From: a virus
Length of the DNA: 64,000 bases
Reading direction: 5' to 3' (one strand)
IMG/VR virus record: IMGVR_UViG_3300005663_000003
Coordinates: 22,672 to 86,671 of that record
A program made the position numbers and the translations under genes. This document shows positions 19,235 to 28,783 of the stretch, piece by piece. A model generated the notes under the pieces. It did no database searches. It saw nothing but the letters and a program-made list of their open reading frames with translations, and was not told the origin of the DNA. Within the stretch, counting starts at the first letter, position 1. The number at the start of each line of letters is the position of its first letter.

Positions 19235-21712
19235 ATGCCCAACCCACTCGTAATCGACATTCGCGGCCAGACGCCAGGCGTCGGGCCAGCCCGCGTCGGA
19301 ACGCTCGACGGCGGACTGTTCTTCTCGCAGATCGGGACGGACCTTATCGGCTCTGGAGGCGACCTCACCCAGAATGACGGAAGCGCTCCCCAGGGTCTGG
19401 TGAGTCGGTTCCGTGGGATTCTCTACGCCTTCGCTGCACGCGCGTCCACCTTCGGCCGTATTTGGCCCTACGACGAAGGGGGGATCGACGACTGGGTGCC
19501 CGAGTCCGAAGGGGTGCCGCAGGTTGCCAAGGGTGGACAGGGTCGCAACACGAGTATGAACACGGTCAACGTCCTTTCGGTCGGCGGGCTGGTCGTCGTC
19601 AACACCGAGAACCAGGACTACCTCGTCGGCGTCGAAGTCAACTTCGGGTCGAACGTAGTCAGCTTCCACCGCTACAACCCCGACGACTCCAACGACGGGC
19701 AAGTAGGCGGGCGGTGGGACACGTTCACTTCGACCGCCTTGGCCGCCGACAACAACAGTGCGATCATTTTCGTTCACAACGGGCTCGTCCACTTCATGTA
19801 TTCCCTCCTTGACGACCTGGGCGTGCTCAAGAGCTTCGACCCGGTCACGGGTGGGATCGTCAACTACACTCGCCCGTTCGACGACTCCCAACAGCACGGA
19901 GCGTTCTTCACTCTCTACGACCGGCTGTTCGCCCTCGGGGTAATCGACACTGGGGGGGCTTTCCCACACGAGAACGAATGCGCCGAGTTCGCATTGGGGG
20001 TTTGGACGGTCGTTCTTACCACGGCTGGCAACTTCGGCCACCTAAGCAACCGAGGTTCTAACGTCGCTGTCTTCCAGTTGAGCCCGACGAAAGTGCTCGC
20101 GATTGGTAGCGGCGGCTCCAACGTCGCAGCCGGACTACTCGCGGCACTCTTTACCACGGTTGGCGACAGCCCGACCGGAGCGCTTCAGGTCACCGACGTC
20201 ACCGACCCGGTCATTCCTCCGTCGCTTCGTGACGGTGCGCCACCGCCTCCCGACCCGCAGGACTACCGGTGCTTCGGACACGCGAACACGTCCGATCCAC
20301 TCGGGACCTTGCGTCACTTCATGTTCTTCCACCCCGACGGCGCTGCCACGGTCACGCCCTCCACGCTGTTCGAAGTCATCGACGAGCTGACCGAGATCGT
20401 TAGCCTCGGCGCACCACAGTCGGACTCGAACTTCGCTTTCCCTGTAGGCTTCTACGGCGGCGGCGAGCAAGAGAACGGCATCGACGGAAGCACACGTCTG
20501 GTCACCGTCTCGCCTCGTGGCTGGGCGGCAGGAACCACCGGCCTGCGCGTGCGCTGTTCTGCCCACGGCGATGCCCCCGTCCTCGCCCATGGGCCCATCA
20601 CCGTCGGGACCAAGCTGCGCCACGGGGTCGTGACCGCTGGCCCCTTCCAGTTCGCCGAGGTCATCACCGGATCGGACTCGGGCGCGACCGGAACCGTCAG
20701 CGGCTTCGGGTCCAACGGCGTCACGGTCACCCCCACCGCTGGCACCTTCGTCGGTGGCGAGGTCATCACGGGTGGCACGTCGGGCGCGTCGGCAATCCTT
20801 GGCATGTCGATGGGGTTTGAGACGGTCCCGTTCGTTCCCGGCGAGATCCTCACGGGCGGGACCTCCCTCGCTACGGCGGTGGTCGTCGCACGGTTCAAGC
20901 GCACGCTCCCAACCGCTGGACTCCTCACCGTCGAGGTCTCCACGATCGTGGGCGGCCCGTTCACCGCTGGCGAAACTCTCACGGGAAGCATCGGCGGCGG
21001 GACGGCGACCCTCGCGGCGCCGCCCCCTGCGGAGTATGAAGTCCTCTCGGTCCTCACCGGACTGACCTCGGGCGCGACCGCGATCATCTCGGGCGACGGC
21101 GCGAATGAGGGCCTATACGTCCGCGAGGTCATCGGAACGTTCGCCGAGGGCGAGGAGGTCGAGGATGACACCGGCACCCGCTCGACGTTGGACCACGTCC
21201 TCCAACACGGGGCGGTGACGCTCGGACCGTTCCAGGTCGCCGAGTCCATCCTGGGCGGGACGAGCGGAGCGACCGCAGACATCACCCACCTCGGGATCGG
21301 CGGCGCGGGCGAGCAGCTTGTGAAGGTCGACAACGTCGCGGGCGGCCCATTCCAAAACGGCGAGGTCATCACGGGCGGGACCAGCGGCGCAAGCGCGCCG
21401 CTGTCCGCAGCTCCTGCCGGTGTCCATGGCGGCCTGGCCGACAAAACCATCCGCGCTCGCTTCTTCCTCGGGGCCGGGCCGAGTGGCAAGGGCATCCCCC
21501 TCACCGGCTTCGCCACCATGGTCGCGGGCAGCGGATTCAAGGGCACCGTGTCGAAGGGCTCGGGGCCGGGAGGAAGCGACGAACTCATCAACGTCATCGC
21601 CGACGGCACGGTAGGGGGAGACATCCCCCCCAGCTTCGAATGGGATTTCTTGGCCGACGGCGTCCCGAAATTCCTGGTGACGTCGATGGCTTTCGAAATC
21701 GACCGCGTCTAA
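19235..21712 (+). CDS. Large fibre/baseplate-like protein with F..GE.ITG.TSGA repeats
   Basis: 825 aa; about 8 repeats at ~20640-21400; propeller-like N-terminal half. Confidence 0.7.
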   Translation: MPNPLVIDIRGQTPGVGPARVGTLDGGLFFSQIGTDLIGSGGDLTQNDGSAPQGLVSRFRGILYAFAARASTFGRIWPYDEGGIDDWVPESEGVPQVAKGGQGRNTSMNTVNVLSVGGLVVVNTENQDYLVGVEVNFGSNVVSFHRYNPDDSNDGQVGGRWDTFTSTALAADNNSAIIFVHNGLVHFMYSLLDDLGVLKSFDPVTGGIVNYTRPFDDSQQHGAFFTLYDRLFALGVIDTGGAFPHENECAEFALGVWTVVLTTAGNFGHLSNRGSNVAVFQLSPTKVLAIGSGGSNVAAGLLAALFTTVGDSPTGALQVTDVTDPVIPPSLRDGAPPPPDPQDYRCFGHANTSDPLGTLRHFMFFHPDGAATVTPSTLFEVIDELTEIVSLGAPQSDSNFAFPVGFYGGGEQENGIDGSTRLVTVSPRGWAAGTTGLRVRCSAHGDAPVLAHGPITVGTKLRHGVVTAGPFQFAEVITGSDSGATGTVSGFGSNGVTVTPTAGTFVGGEVITGGTSGASAILGMSMGFETVPFVPGEILTGGTSLATAVVVARFKRTLPTAGLLTVEVSTIVGGPFTAGETLTGSIGGGTATLAAPPPAEYEVLSVLTGLTSGATAIISGDGANEGLYVREVIGTFAEGEEVEDDTGTRSTLDHVLQHGAVTLGPFQVAESILGGTSGATADITHLGIGGAGEQLVKVDNVAGGPFQNGEVITGGTSGASAPLSAAPAGVHGGLADKTIRARFFLGAGPSGKGIPLTGFATMVAGSGFKGTVSKGSGPGGSDELINVIADGTVGGDIPPSFEWDFLADGVPKFLVTSMAFEIDRV

Positions 21713-21723
21713 CGAGGTAGTCC

Positions 21724-24576
21724 GTGGCCGGAGACATTCTCGGATTCATCGTGATGCAGTCGACCATCTCGGGCTCGCGCATCAGTCCGGCGATGCTCGC
21801 CTTCGCCGAGGGTGGCGGGCAGGACCCGGAGAACGTCGCGCCGGACATGGGGCTTGGCCTCACTGGCGGATTCGAAAACAGTGGCGAGCTGCTGAGCTGG
21901 CGTCAATACGACCGGGTCATCAGGCGGTTCAATGACGTCACCGGCATCCAGTTCTTCGCCTGGATCCGAGACAAAATCTTGGAGCTGTCCACTGGTTGGG
22001 CGCTCGCCCACACCATCACCGGTCAAGACCCGGGGGTGGACTTCGGCCTACACACCGGTCTCTACCACGTCACGCAAGGCGATGGCACTGAGCACCTGTG
22101 CGGGTTCTACGATGTGGAGTTCGGTGGAACGGGCTGGCTCAAGTTCGATCCAAGGACGAACATCTGGACGCACGCGGCGGTGGCTGGCACGGCAGACCAG
22201 GCCATCACGTTCGGGATGTGCGTCGGCTACAAGGGGCGCCTATATCACTGCAACAGCGGCAACGGTGGGGTCCTTCAAGAGTTCGACCCGATCGCGGAGA
22301 CGCTCCGCGAGTTCCCAATGGGGTCCGGTGCCCAATACGCGAAGCTCGCGGTGGTCGGTGGTCGGCTGTTCATCTTCCCGGACTCGGGCCAGGCACGCCT
22401 CCTTGAGTTCGCGTTCGGCGGCGTCATCACCGCCGCGACGCTCGCAGCCCAGTCGGTCGGGCCGAACTACAGCAGCGGCGGCGATAACATGCTGGTCGCC
22501 CACCTGACGGAAAACAACGGGCTTGCTGTCTTCTGGAACTGCCAACAGGACGGGTCCGGCTACCGACTCCACATCGTGACTCAGCCGACGCCCGGCGTCC
22601 CCGGTTCGCCGCTCACGGTGGTCGAGGAGCTGGGCCAGATCATGGACGGGTCACCCGACTCGCTCGACGCCTTCGCGTTCTTCGGCAATGCGGTCGCCTA
22701 CTTCAGCTCCTTCTTCCCGGCGATCGGCTTCAACGCTGACCTCATGTGGACCGACGGCGGATGGCAGTTGGAACAGGGACCGCTGTTCAGCGGCACCCCG
22801 CTCGCGTTCCTGATGATCAAGTTCACGCAGCCGTCGAGCTACGCGACCGCCAACCTGGTCCCGGGCCCTCACATCACCGGCTACCCAACCAACCGGGTTC
22901 GTGTCGACTGGCGAGGCGTGGACCGCGTGATGACCTACGTGGACGCGGGCAAGTTCTCCCCGCCGGTCGATCACTCGGTGTCGCTGACCCACTCGCAAAT
23001 CACCGCGCCGTGGGGATCGTCGGAGCGCCTGTTCAGCAACGGGCCATCCATCACGAACATCAAGGTGGAACCCTACAGCGATGGAACGGTGGCGCGCGGT
23101 CTACGGCTCACATTCAAGATCGCGGCAAGTCAAACCCTCGGGGACCAGGGAAGCCTCCTCTACTTCGGATTTGGTCGCTTCCTCGGCCAGCCGAATGTGC
23201 GCCTCTCGCTCTCGACCGGCGACAACCCTGCGACGTTCCCCGGGGGAGTCGCGACCTTCGACGCCGCGAGCAACCGCCTGGAGAACGTGCCACCGACGGG
23301 GGTGGGCCGGACGACTCTGGCGCACGACACGCCAGTGGGTGCGTTCATCAACGGCGAGCTGGTAGAGGGTCAGACGAGCTTGGCGCGCGGGACCATTCGC
23401 ATCCTCGGCTCAGGCGCGATGTTCGTCGCTGGGATCATCGGCACGTTCGTAGATGGCGAGCAGCTACTGGGCCTGACCTCGGCCGCGACAGCGAACGCGA
23501 CGGCCGCACCTGACCCGCGCCCCACCTATCAAATCATCTGGGACGTCGGCGCGAGCGGCGACAACATCCCCGAGCGGGAGTGGGTCTCGGTCCAGGGGGC
23601 GCACTTCAACACCGAGGGCAAGGCCAAATACATCACGTCCTCCAACTACCAGCTCCAGATCATCACGCTTCTCACGCTGCCGGGCAACCCGGCTTCGACG
23701 CAAGGCCCCGTCGCCGAGGCGGACCCGGACACTAGCGCGACCGTGCTGACGACTCAGGGACCCGTGGTCGAGTGGACACCAGATAGCGCGGCCTCGCCCG
23801 CGACCACGCAAGGCCCGGTGGCGGAGACCAGCCCCAACTCCAGCGCGTCACCGCTCAGCACACAGGGCCCGGTGGCTGAGGCAGCTACCAAGACGAGCGA
23901 GACTCCCGCGACGACCCAAGGACCGGTCAGTGAGTTCGTTCCTGACGCCGACCTGGAAGCGAACCTCCTCACCAAGGTCGCAGGCCGACCAGTCGCCCAA
24001 GGCGGGGGACTCGTCGGCTTCGAGGACGACAGCGGGCCACAAGGCGACCGCGACGCGCTGACGATGGGAAGCTCGCTCGTCCTCCCCGGCCAACCGTGGG
24101 AGCCGGACTCGATGCTTCCCCAGGGGCCCGAGTTCGCCAAGCGACTCGACGGCAAGGTGGAGCTGGGCCGCGCGACCTTCGACGCCGAGAACGACGCGGT
24201 GGGCACGCGGCAGGTTCTCCTCGATGTCGATGCCGCTGGGCTCGGTGCCCTCGGTGTTCCTCCCGGTGACCTGCCGGTCGGTTCCATCCTCGGAGCTGGC
24301 CTGCTCCTCGTCGTCGCCCGCGCCACCAACGTCAGCACGGCCCCCTCGACTCAGCCCCAGCTCGGGCTGGGAGTCGGCGGGAGCTTCGATGACCAGGTGG
24401 CCCAGCAAGCCCTGAACCTCGTCGCGACCGGGCAAAATGAGGCGATGGCCCTCGTCTCGGTGCGCGACCTCCTCGCGGCTGGCGACGTGCTGGAGGCACA
24501 GCTCGACGTCCAAGCCGTGACCACGGGCGACTACGTCATCGAGATCGTCGTGTATGGCTTCCACCGGGTAGGGTAG
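21724..24576 (+). CDS. Large virion protein with TQGPV repeats
   Basis: 950 aa; two GE..G.TS repeats; five 18-aa (S/T)TQGPV.E repeats. Confidence 0.7.
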   Translation: MAGDILGFIVMQSTISGSRISPAMLAFAEGGGQDPENVAPDMGLGLTGGFENSGELLSWRQYDRVIRRFNDVTGIQFFAWIRDKILELSTGWALAHTITGQDPGVDFGLHTGLYHVTQGDGTEHLCGFYDVEFGGTGWLKFDPRTNIWTHAAVAGTADQAITFGMCVGYKGRLYHCNSGNGGVLQEFDPIAETLREFPMGSGAQYAKLAVVGGRLFIFPDSGQARLLEFAFGGVITAATLAAQSVGPNYSSGGDNMLVAHLTENNGLAVFWNCQQDGSGYRLHIVTQPTPGVPGSPLTVVEELGQIMDGSPDSLDAFAFFGNAVAYFSSFFPAIGFNADLMWTDGGWQLEQGPLFSGTPLAFLMIKFTQPSSYATANLVPGPHITGYPTNRVRVDWRGVDRVMTYVDAGKFSPPVDHSVSLTHSQITAPWGSSERLFSNGPSITNIKVEPYSDGTVARGLRLTFKIAASQTLGDQGSLLYFGFGRFLGQPNVRLSLSTGDNPATFPGGVATFDAASNRLENVPPTGVGRTTLAHDTPVGAFINGELVEGQTSLARGTIRILGSGAMFVAGIIGTFVDGEQLLGLTSAATANATAAPDPRPTYQIIWDVGASGDNIPEREWVSVQGAHFNTEGKAKYITSSNYQLQIITLLTLPGNPASTQGPVAEADPDTSATVLTTQGPVVEWTPDSAASPATTQGPVAETSPNSSASPLSTQGPVAEAATKTSETPATTQGPVSEFVPDADLEANLLTKVAGRPVAQGGGLVGFEDDSGPQGDRDALTMGSSLVLPGQPWEPDSMLPQGPEFAKRLDGKVELGRATFDAENDAVGTRQVLLDVDAAGLGALGVPPGDLPVGSILGAGLLLVVARATNVSTAPSTQPQLGLGVGGSFDDQVAQQALNLVATGQNEAMALVSVRDLLAAGDVLEAQLDVQAVTTGDYVIEIVVYGFHRVG
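23686..23950 (+). repeat. Five 54-bp coding repeats (18 aa, TQGPV core)
   Basis: PASTQGPVAE / VLTTQGPVVE / PATTQGPVAE / PLSTQGPVAE / PATTQGPVSE. Confidence 0.85.
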
Positions 24577-24580
24577 AGAC

Positions 24581-25156
24581 ATGTCGGGAACCTCACTAGG
24601 CAAGACGGACGGCAGGCCGGGAGCGCAGGATGGCGGACTCGCCATCCGCGTCGACACGGTCGACCAGGGCGTGCGGAACAACATCAACTTTAGGAACACG
24701 CCCGGCGTGCGATGGGCTGCGGTCGACGACCCGACGCCCCCGGCTCGGATGATCGTGACCGCCGAACTCGATGCCGAGGTTCTTCTGGCGCCCCCAGTCA
24801 CGGGCCTCGACCTCGCCACGGGCACCGTCCTCGCGACACTCCTCACGGCCATCGCCGCGCAGCTCATGCACGTCACGCGGGTCGTTCTCATCGCCACCGA
24901 CATCAGCGGGCTCACCGTTCAACCCACGGTCCAGTTGGGCACTGACGTCACGGTGCCCAGCAACCTCGCGTCACCGCAGGCGCTCGCGCTCACCGCCACG
25001 GGGCAGATTCAAGAGCTGGCCTTGGCCGATCCCCGGCCGGGAGTCGACGCGGGCCCCAGCGTATTCGACGAGGCCATCCTGGATCAGACCGTAGCCGCGA
25101 CCGCGACCACCTACGAAGTCACCGCGCAAATCTGGGGCGTCGTCCTCACTCCGTAG
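24581..25156 (+). CDS. Virion protein paralogous to C-terminal domain of 21724-24576
   Basis: Shared VV..AT..S...QP...LG...QAL.L.ATGQ...Y.....(Y/W)G pattern. Confidence 0.7.
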   Translation: MSGTSLGKTDGRPGAQDGGLAIRVDTVDQGVRNNINFRNTPGVRWAAVDDPTPPARMIVTAELDAEVLLAPPVTGLDLATGTVLATLLTAIAAQLMHVTRVVLIATDISGLTVQPTVQLGTDVTVPSNLASPQALALTATGQIQELALADPRPGVDAGPSVFDEAILDQTVAATATTYEVTAQIWGVVLTP

Positions 25157-25179
25157 AGTAGGGGTGAAGCGAGGAAGCG

Positions 25180-27042
25180 ATGACCGAACAGAAGAAGATC
25201 GAAGCCCGCGCGAGGCGGGAGAACGCGGCGGACTTGTGGGACCGCCTTTGGAGTGAGCCCGAGTCGCGCGACTGGCGGGAGGTCGCTCTCGGCAAGGTCT
25301 ACAACCGCATCATCAGTTACGTCCCGAAGGGCGCGAGCGTCATCGACTTCGGCGGCGGCGTCGGTGCGTTCGGTGCGAGACTCACCGCCGCACGCGACAA
25401 CGCCGTCGACGTCCTCGTCCTCGACCACAGCAGGGCGGCCATCGACATCGCCAGGGGCAAGGGGCTGCGCGCCGACTACGTCGACCTGGAGGACCACAAC
25501 AGCGTCCTTGACGCGGTCATCGACGGGACCAACGAAGGCGAGCTGGATCCCATCTGGATCGCCACCGAAGTCCTTGAGCATCTCTCGGTCGAGGGGCGGG
25601 CGCGGCTGCTCGAACACATCTCCTGCTACCGCGACGACGCGCCGGGGTTCTTTACCGTTCCGAACAACTGCCTCGGCCCCGAGGTCGAGCCGCAGCACAC
25701 CATCCAGTTCACGGCGATGAGCTTCACGCGAGAGCTGCGCGAGCACTTCGACCACGTCCGCGTCGAGGTTCTCGGTCCCTACCTCCTCGGCATCGTCGGC
25801 GACCCGGCCAAGACTACGGCGAGCGTCTCGATGTGTCTGCCGGTGCGCGACGAGGAAGCGGACCTGGAGGCGGTGCTCGCCAGCTTCCGAGGCTTCGTCC
25901 GCGAGATCGTCGTGGGGGTCGACCCGCGAACAGTCGATCGCACGCGAGAGATTGCGGCACTCTACGCGGACGTGGTCTTCGAGCTGGAGGACCCGACCTG
26001 CTCCGACACGACGAACCCGCTCCACGATCCGGCGGTGCCGGAGACGGGCTGTCACTTCTCGTGGCTGCGGAACCAGTGCATCGAACGCTGCTCCTCGGAG
26101 TGGGTGTTTATGACCGAGGGCCATGAGCGGTTGTGGCAGGGCCACGATGTTCTCCTCGGTGTCGGCGAGCTGCTCAAGGAGGCCGACGTCGCTTACGTCT
26201 GGCGTCGCGGGAAGCATCAGCGGTGGCTGTTCCCCTGGCTCGCGCGCCGCGACCTTCGCTACAAGCGCTCGACGCACAACATCGTCGACATCCCCGAGGA
26301 CGCGCGCCGCGCGCTCATGCGCGACATCGTCACCTTCCACGACCGCGACCACGGCAACGCGGAGAAGCGTTCGGTGCAGAGGAAGGAGCAGAACAAGAAG
26401 ACGCTATGGGACGACTGGAACCTGCACGGGAATCCGACCTCCCTGTTCTACTTTGCGCAGGAACTCAAACCCGACGACCCGGAGGGGGCCGTCGAGCACT
26501 TCGAGGACTTCCTGTCCTGCACCGAGTCGCCCGCCGGGCAGATGCGCTACCAGGCGCGGTTGATCCTCGCCAAGCTCTACCTGCAACTCTCGGGCGAAGA
26601 CTCCGAGGATGGACACGACGTCCTCGCGTCCCAGCGGCTCGACCGCTGCGCCGAAGTCCTCCACGGTTGCAGCGCCGAAGACTGGAGCCGGACCGAACAC
26701 TGGCTCTGGCTCGGGGACCTCGCTTTCGCTCGCGACCAGTTCGAGATGGCCTACCGCTTCTATGGCTACTCGGGCCTCAGCGCTGGCACGATGCCCGCGA
26801 CGGTTTGGTGGGTCGACGATGCCACCTACCTCTGGCTCCCCGCTCAGCGCCTCGCCATGACGTGCGGGCTCCTCGGGCGTGAGGCTGAGGCCCTGGTGTG
26901 GGCCAGGCGCGTCGAGAGGCTCCTCCCTGCGGACGCCTCAGTAGAGTGCATCGAGGAAGCGGCCAGGAACGTCGAGGTTATCGAGGAGTTCATCGCGGCT
27001 CGCAAGGACCAGCGCAACCCCGTTGCTGAACCCGTGGCCTGA
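25180..27042 (+). CDS. Class I SAM methyltransferase - GT2 glycosyltransferase - TPR fusion
   Basis: VIDFGGGVG and TEVLEHL (MTase); SVSMCLPVRDEE, EIVVGVD..TVDRT, HFSWLRNQCIE.CSSEWVFMTEGHE (GT2); C-terminal helical repeats. Confidence 0.85.
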   Translation: MTEQKKIEARARRENAADLWDRLWSEPESRDWREVALGKVYNRIISYVPKGASVIDFGGGVGAFGARLTAARDNAVDVLVLDHSRAAIDIARGKGLRADYVDLEDHNSVLDAVIDGTNEGELDPIWIATEVLEHLSVEGRARLLEHISCYRDDAPGFFTVPNNCLGPEVEPQHTIQFTAMSFTRELREHFDHVRVEVLGPYLLGIVGDPAKTTASVSMCLPVRDEEADLEAVLASFRGFVREIVVGVDPRTVDRTREIAALYADVVFELEDPTCSDTTNPLHDPAVPETGCHFSWLRNQCIERCSSEWVFMTEGHERLWQGHDVLLGVGELLKEADVAYVWRRGKHQRWLFPWLARRDLRYKRSTHNIVDIPEDARRALMRDIVTFHDRDHGNAEKRSVQRKEQNKKTLWDDWNLHGNPTSLFYFAQELKPDDPEGAVEHFEDFLSCTESPAGQMRYQARLILAKLYLQLSGEDSEDGHDVLASQRLDRCAEVLHGCSAEDWSRTEHWLWLGDLAFARDQFEMAYRFYGYSGLSAGTMPATVWWVDDATYLWLPAQRLAMTCGLLGREAEALVWARRVERLLPADASVECIEEAARNVEVIEEFIAARKDQRNPVAEPVA

Positions 27043-27071
27043 ACCTGCTATCCTCACTTGAAGGAGGACCC

Positions 27072-27617
27072 ATGCTCACCGCCTACCAAGACGCGCCGGA
27101 CATCGAGGAGGTCATCTACGGTCGCGACTGCGACGACATCGGCGGCCTCGCTACGGTCGAGCTGATCCGCGACACCCCACGCGGCCCCGAGGTCAGGACC
27201 CGTTACCAGGTCTGGGTGAAGAAGCGGCACGCGGGCCACAACCTCATCGTGAACTCGGGGAAGGTCCAAATCTGGCGCCGAGTGATGGGGCTCCAGCCGG
27301 ACATCTTCGACCAGTTCCGCATCGGAACCTCGGGCGCGGCGGCGGCCAGCGGTCAGACCAACGTGCTCAGCCCGGTCGCGGGTTCGATCCTCACCGCCGA
27401 CAACCTCAGCGTCCTCGCGGGCACGCGGTCGGCTCAGTGGGACGTGAGCTATCCCAGCGGCGTCGCCTCGCTCAGCGCCGCGAACATCCGGGAGGTTTGC
27501 CTCCTGAACTCGAACACGTCGCCTGGCGGCAGTTGCATGATGCGCGCCCTGTTCGCGCCGCTCACGAAGACGGAAGCCGACAAGCTCCGCATCGTTTACC
27601 AAGCAAGAATTAACTGA
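27072..27617 (+). CDS. Tail-collar/fibre N-terminal-like structural protein
   Basis: HNLIVNSG...IGTSG.A....T...IREVCLLN...MMRALF..LTKT.AD.L.I.Y. Confidence 0.65.
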   Translation: MLTAYQDAPDIEEVIYGRDCDDIGGLATVELIRDTPRGPEVRTRYQVWVKKRHAGHNLIVNSGKVQIWRRVMGLQPDIFDQFRIGTSGAAAASGQTNVLSPVAGSILTADNLSVLAGTRSAQWDVSYPSGVASLSAANIREVCLLNSNTSPGGSCMMRALFAPLTKTEADKLRIVYQARIN

Positions 27618-28162
27618 TGCCCGAAGCCATCGAACAGTGGAGAAGCATCCCCGGATGGGAAGGTCGCTATGAGGTCAGTGACCTCGGGCGCGTGCGTTCC
27701 TTGTGGACTGGATGTAGGGGGGGCCGAAGATTGCGGAAAGGCCCTATGTTGCTGAATGGCGAGCGCGTTCCAGACGGGTATATCCGCATCGATTTACGCG
27801 ATATGGACAGACGCGAGCGTATCTTCGTCCATAGGCTTGTCCTGCTCGCCTTCGTCGGACCGTGCCCGGAAGGGATGGAGGGGTGTCATACGAACGACGT
27901 TGGCGAGGACAACCACCTGACGAATCTTCGATGGGGAACGCCTGCCGAAAACAGAGAGGACGCGAGACGAAACGGACGCATTCTCTATGGCGACAAGAAT
28001 CCACGGGCAAGCGTTACAGATGAGCAGCGCAAGGAAGTCAAACGCCTAGCTGGGACGATGAGTCACAGGAGGATCGCGCAGGTTGTCGGGATGCCCTACT
28101 CTACTGTTGGTCACATCATCAGAGGAACCGACCGAAAGAAGAGTCCATGCCTGGCTGGTTAG
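27617..28162 (+). CDS. NUMOD4-HNH homing endonuclease
   Basis: EQWRSIPGWEGRYEVSDLGRVRS; VHRLVLLAFVGPCPEGMEGCHTND...NHLTNLRWGT; lower GC. Confidence 0.92.
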   Translation: MPEAIEQWRSIPGWEGRYEVSDLGRVRSLWTGCRGGRRLRKGPMLLNGERVPDGYIRIDLRDMDRRERIFVHRLVLLAFVGPCPEGMEGCHTNDVGEDNHLTNLRWGTPAENREDARRNGRILYGDKNPRASVTDEQRKEVKRLAGTMSHRRIAQVVGMPYSTVGHIIRGTDRKKSPCLAG

Positions 28163-28494
28163 ATGTTGCTTGGGGCAAGTTCCGAGGCGCGCAGCGCGCG
28201 TGCCACGAGTCCGAGCGCCTGACCAAGCCGCAGATGCGCGCGGCCTGGAAGGTCTGGGACCTCATGCGCAAGACCGAGGAAGCCGCGTTCTCTGGCGAGG
28301 AAGGCTGGGCCGACAAGCTCCACGCTCAGACCGTGGAGCTTGCCTCGTCGATGGACCCCGACCTGCGCACGGGCCCACGAACCTTGGCGCTGTGGCTCGT
28401 CGAGAACCGCGACCGCCTCGCCCAATCCATGCTCAGGACCGTCGGCGAGTCCGCCCACACGCGCGACTCTGTCAGCGCCAAACTCACCAGATAG
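28147..28494 (+). CDS. Hypothetical protein
   Basis: 115-aa ORF with typical codon usage. Confidence 0.55.
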   Translation: MPGWLDVAWGKFRGAQRACHESERLTKPQMRAAWKVWDLMRKTEEAAFSGEEGWADKLHAQTVELASSMDPDLRTGPRTLALWLVENRDRLAQSMLRTVGESAHTRDSVSAKLTR

Positions 28495-28507
28495 AAGGAA
28501 GCGATCG

Positions 28508-28780
28508 ATGCCCAACCCAGAAGACATGCACGGAGCGGCTGACGGATTCGGCGGCAGCGACTTCGAGGAACCCGAGGCTGAGCGCCTCGCGGCAGCGGCA
28601 GCGGAGCCCGAGCCCGAACCGGCACCCGAGCCCCCGGCGCCTCCCCCGGTCCCGGTCGTGACACACACGGCGAAGGGTCCGGTCCCGGTGGTGAAGCGGG
28701 CCCCCAAGCCCGGCATGGTGGACGCCCGGGTGTTGAAGCGCCCGAACCGGATGGTGCGGATGGTCAAGCCGAGGAAGTGA
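28508..28780 (+). CDS. Pro/Glu-rich hypothetical protein
   Basis: ATG 28508 after AAGGAAG. Confidence 0.55.
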   Translation: MPNPEDMHGAADGFGGSDFEEPEAERLAAAAAEPEPEPAPEPPAPPPVPVVTHTAKGPVPVVKRAPKPGMVDARVLKRPNRMVRMVKPRK

Positions 28781-28783
28781 CCC

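Noticed and set aside
23686-23950. Regularly spaced repeats as a possible CRISPR or DGR array
   Set aside because: Degenerate at codon third positions and in frame within a CDS; no cas or reverse transcriptase gene
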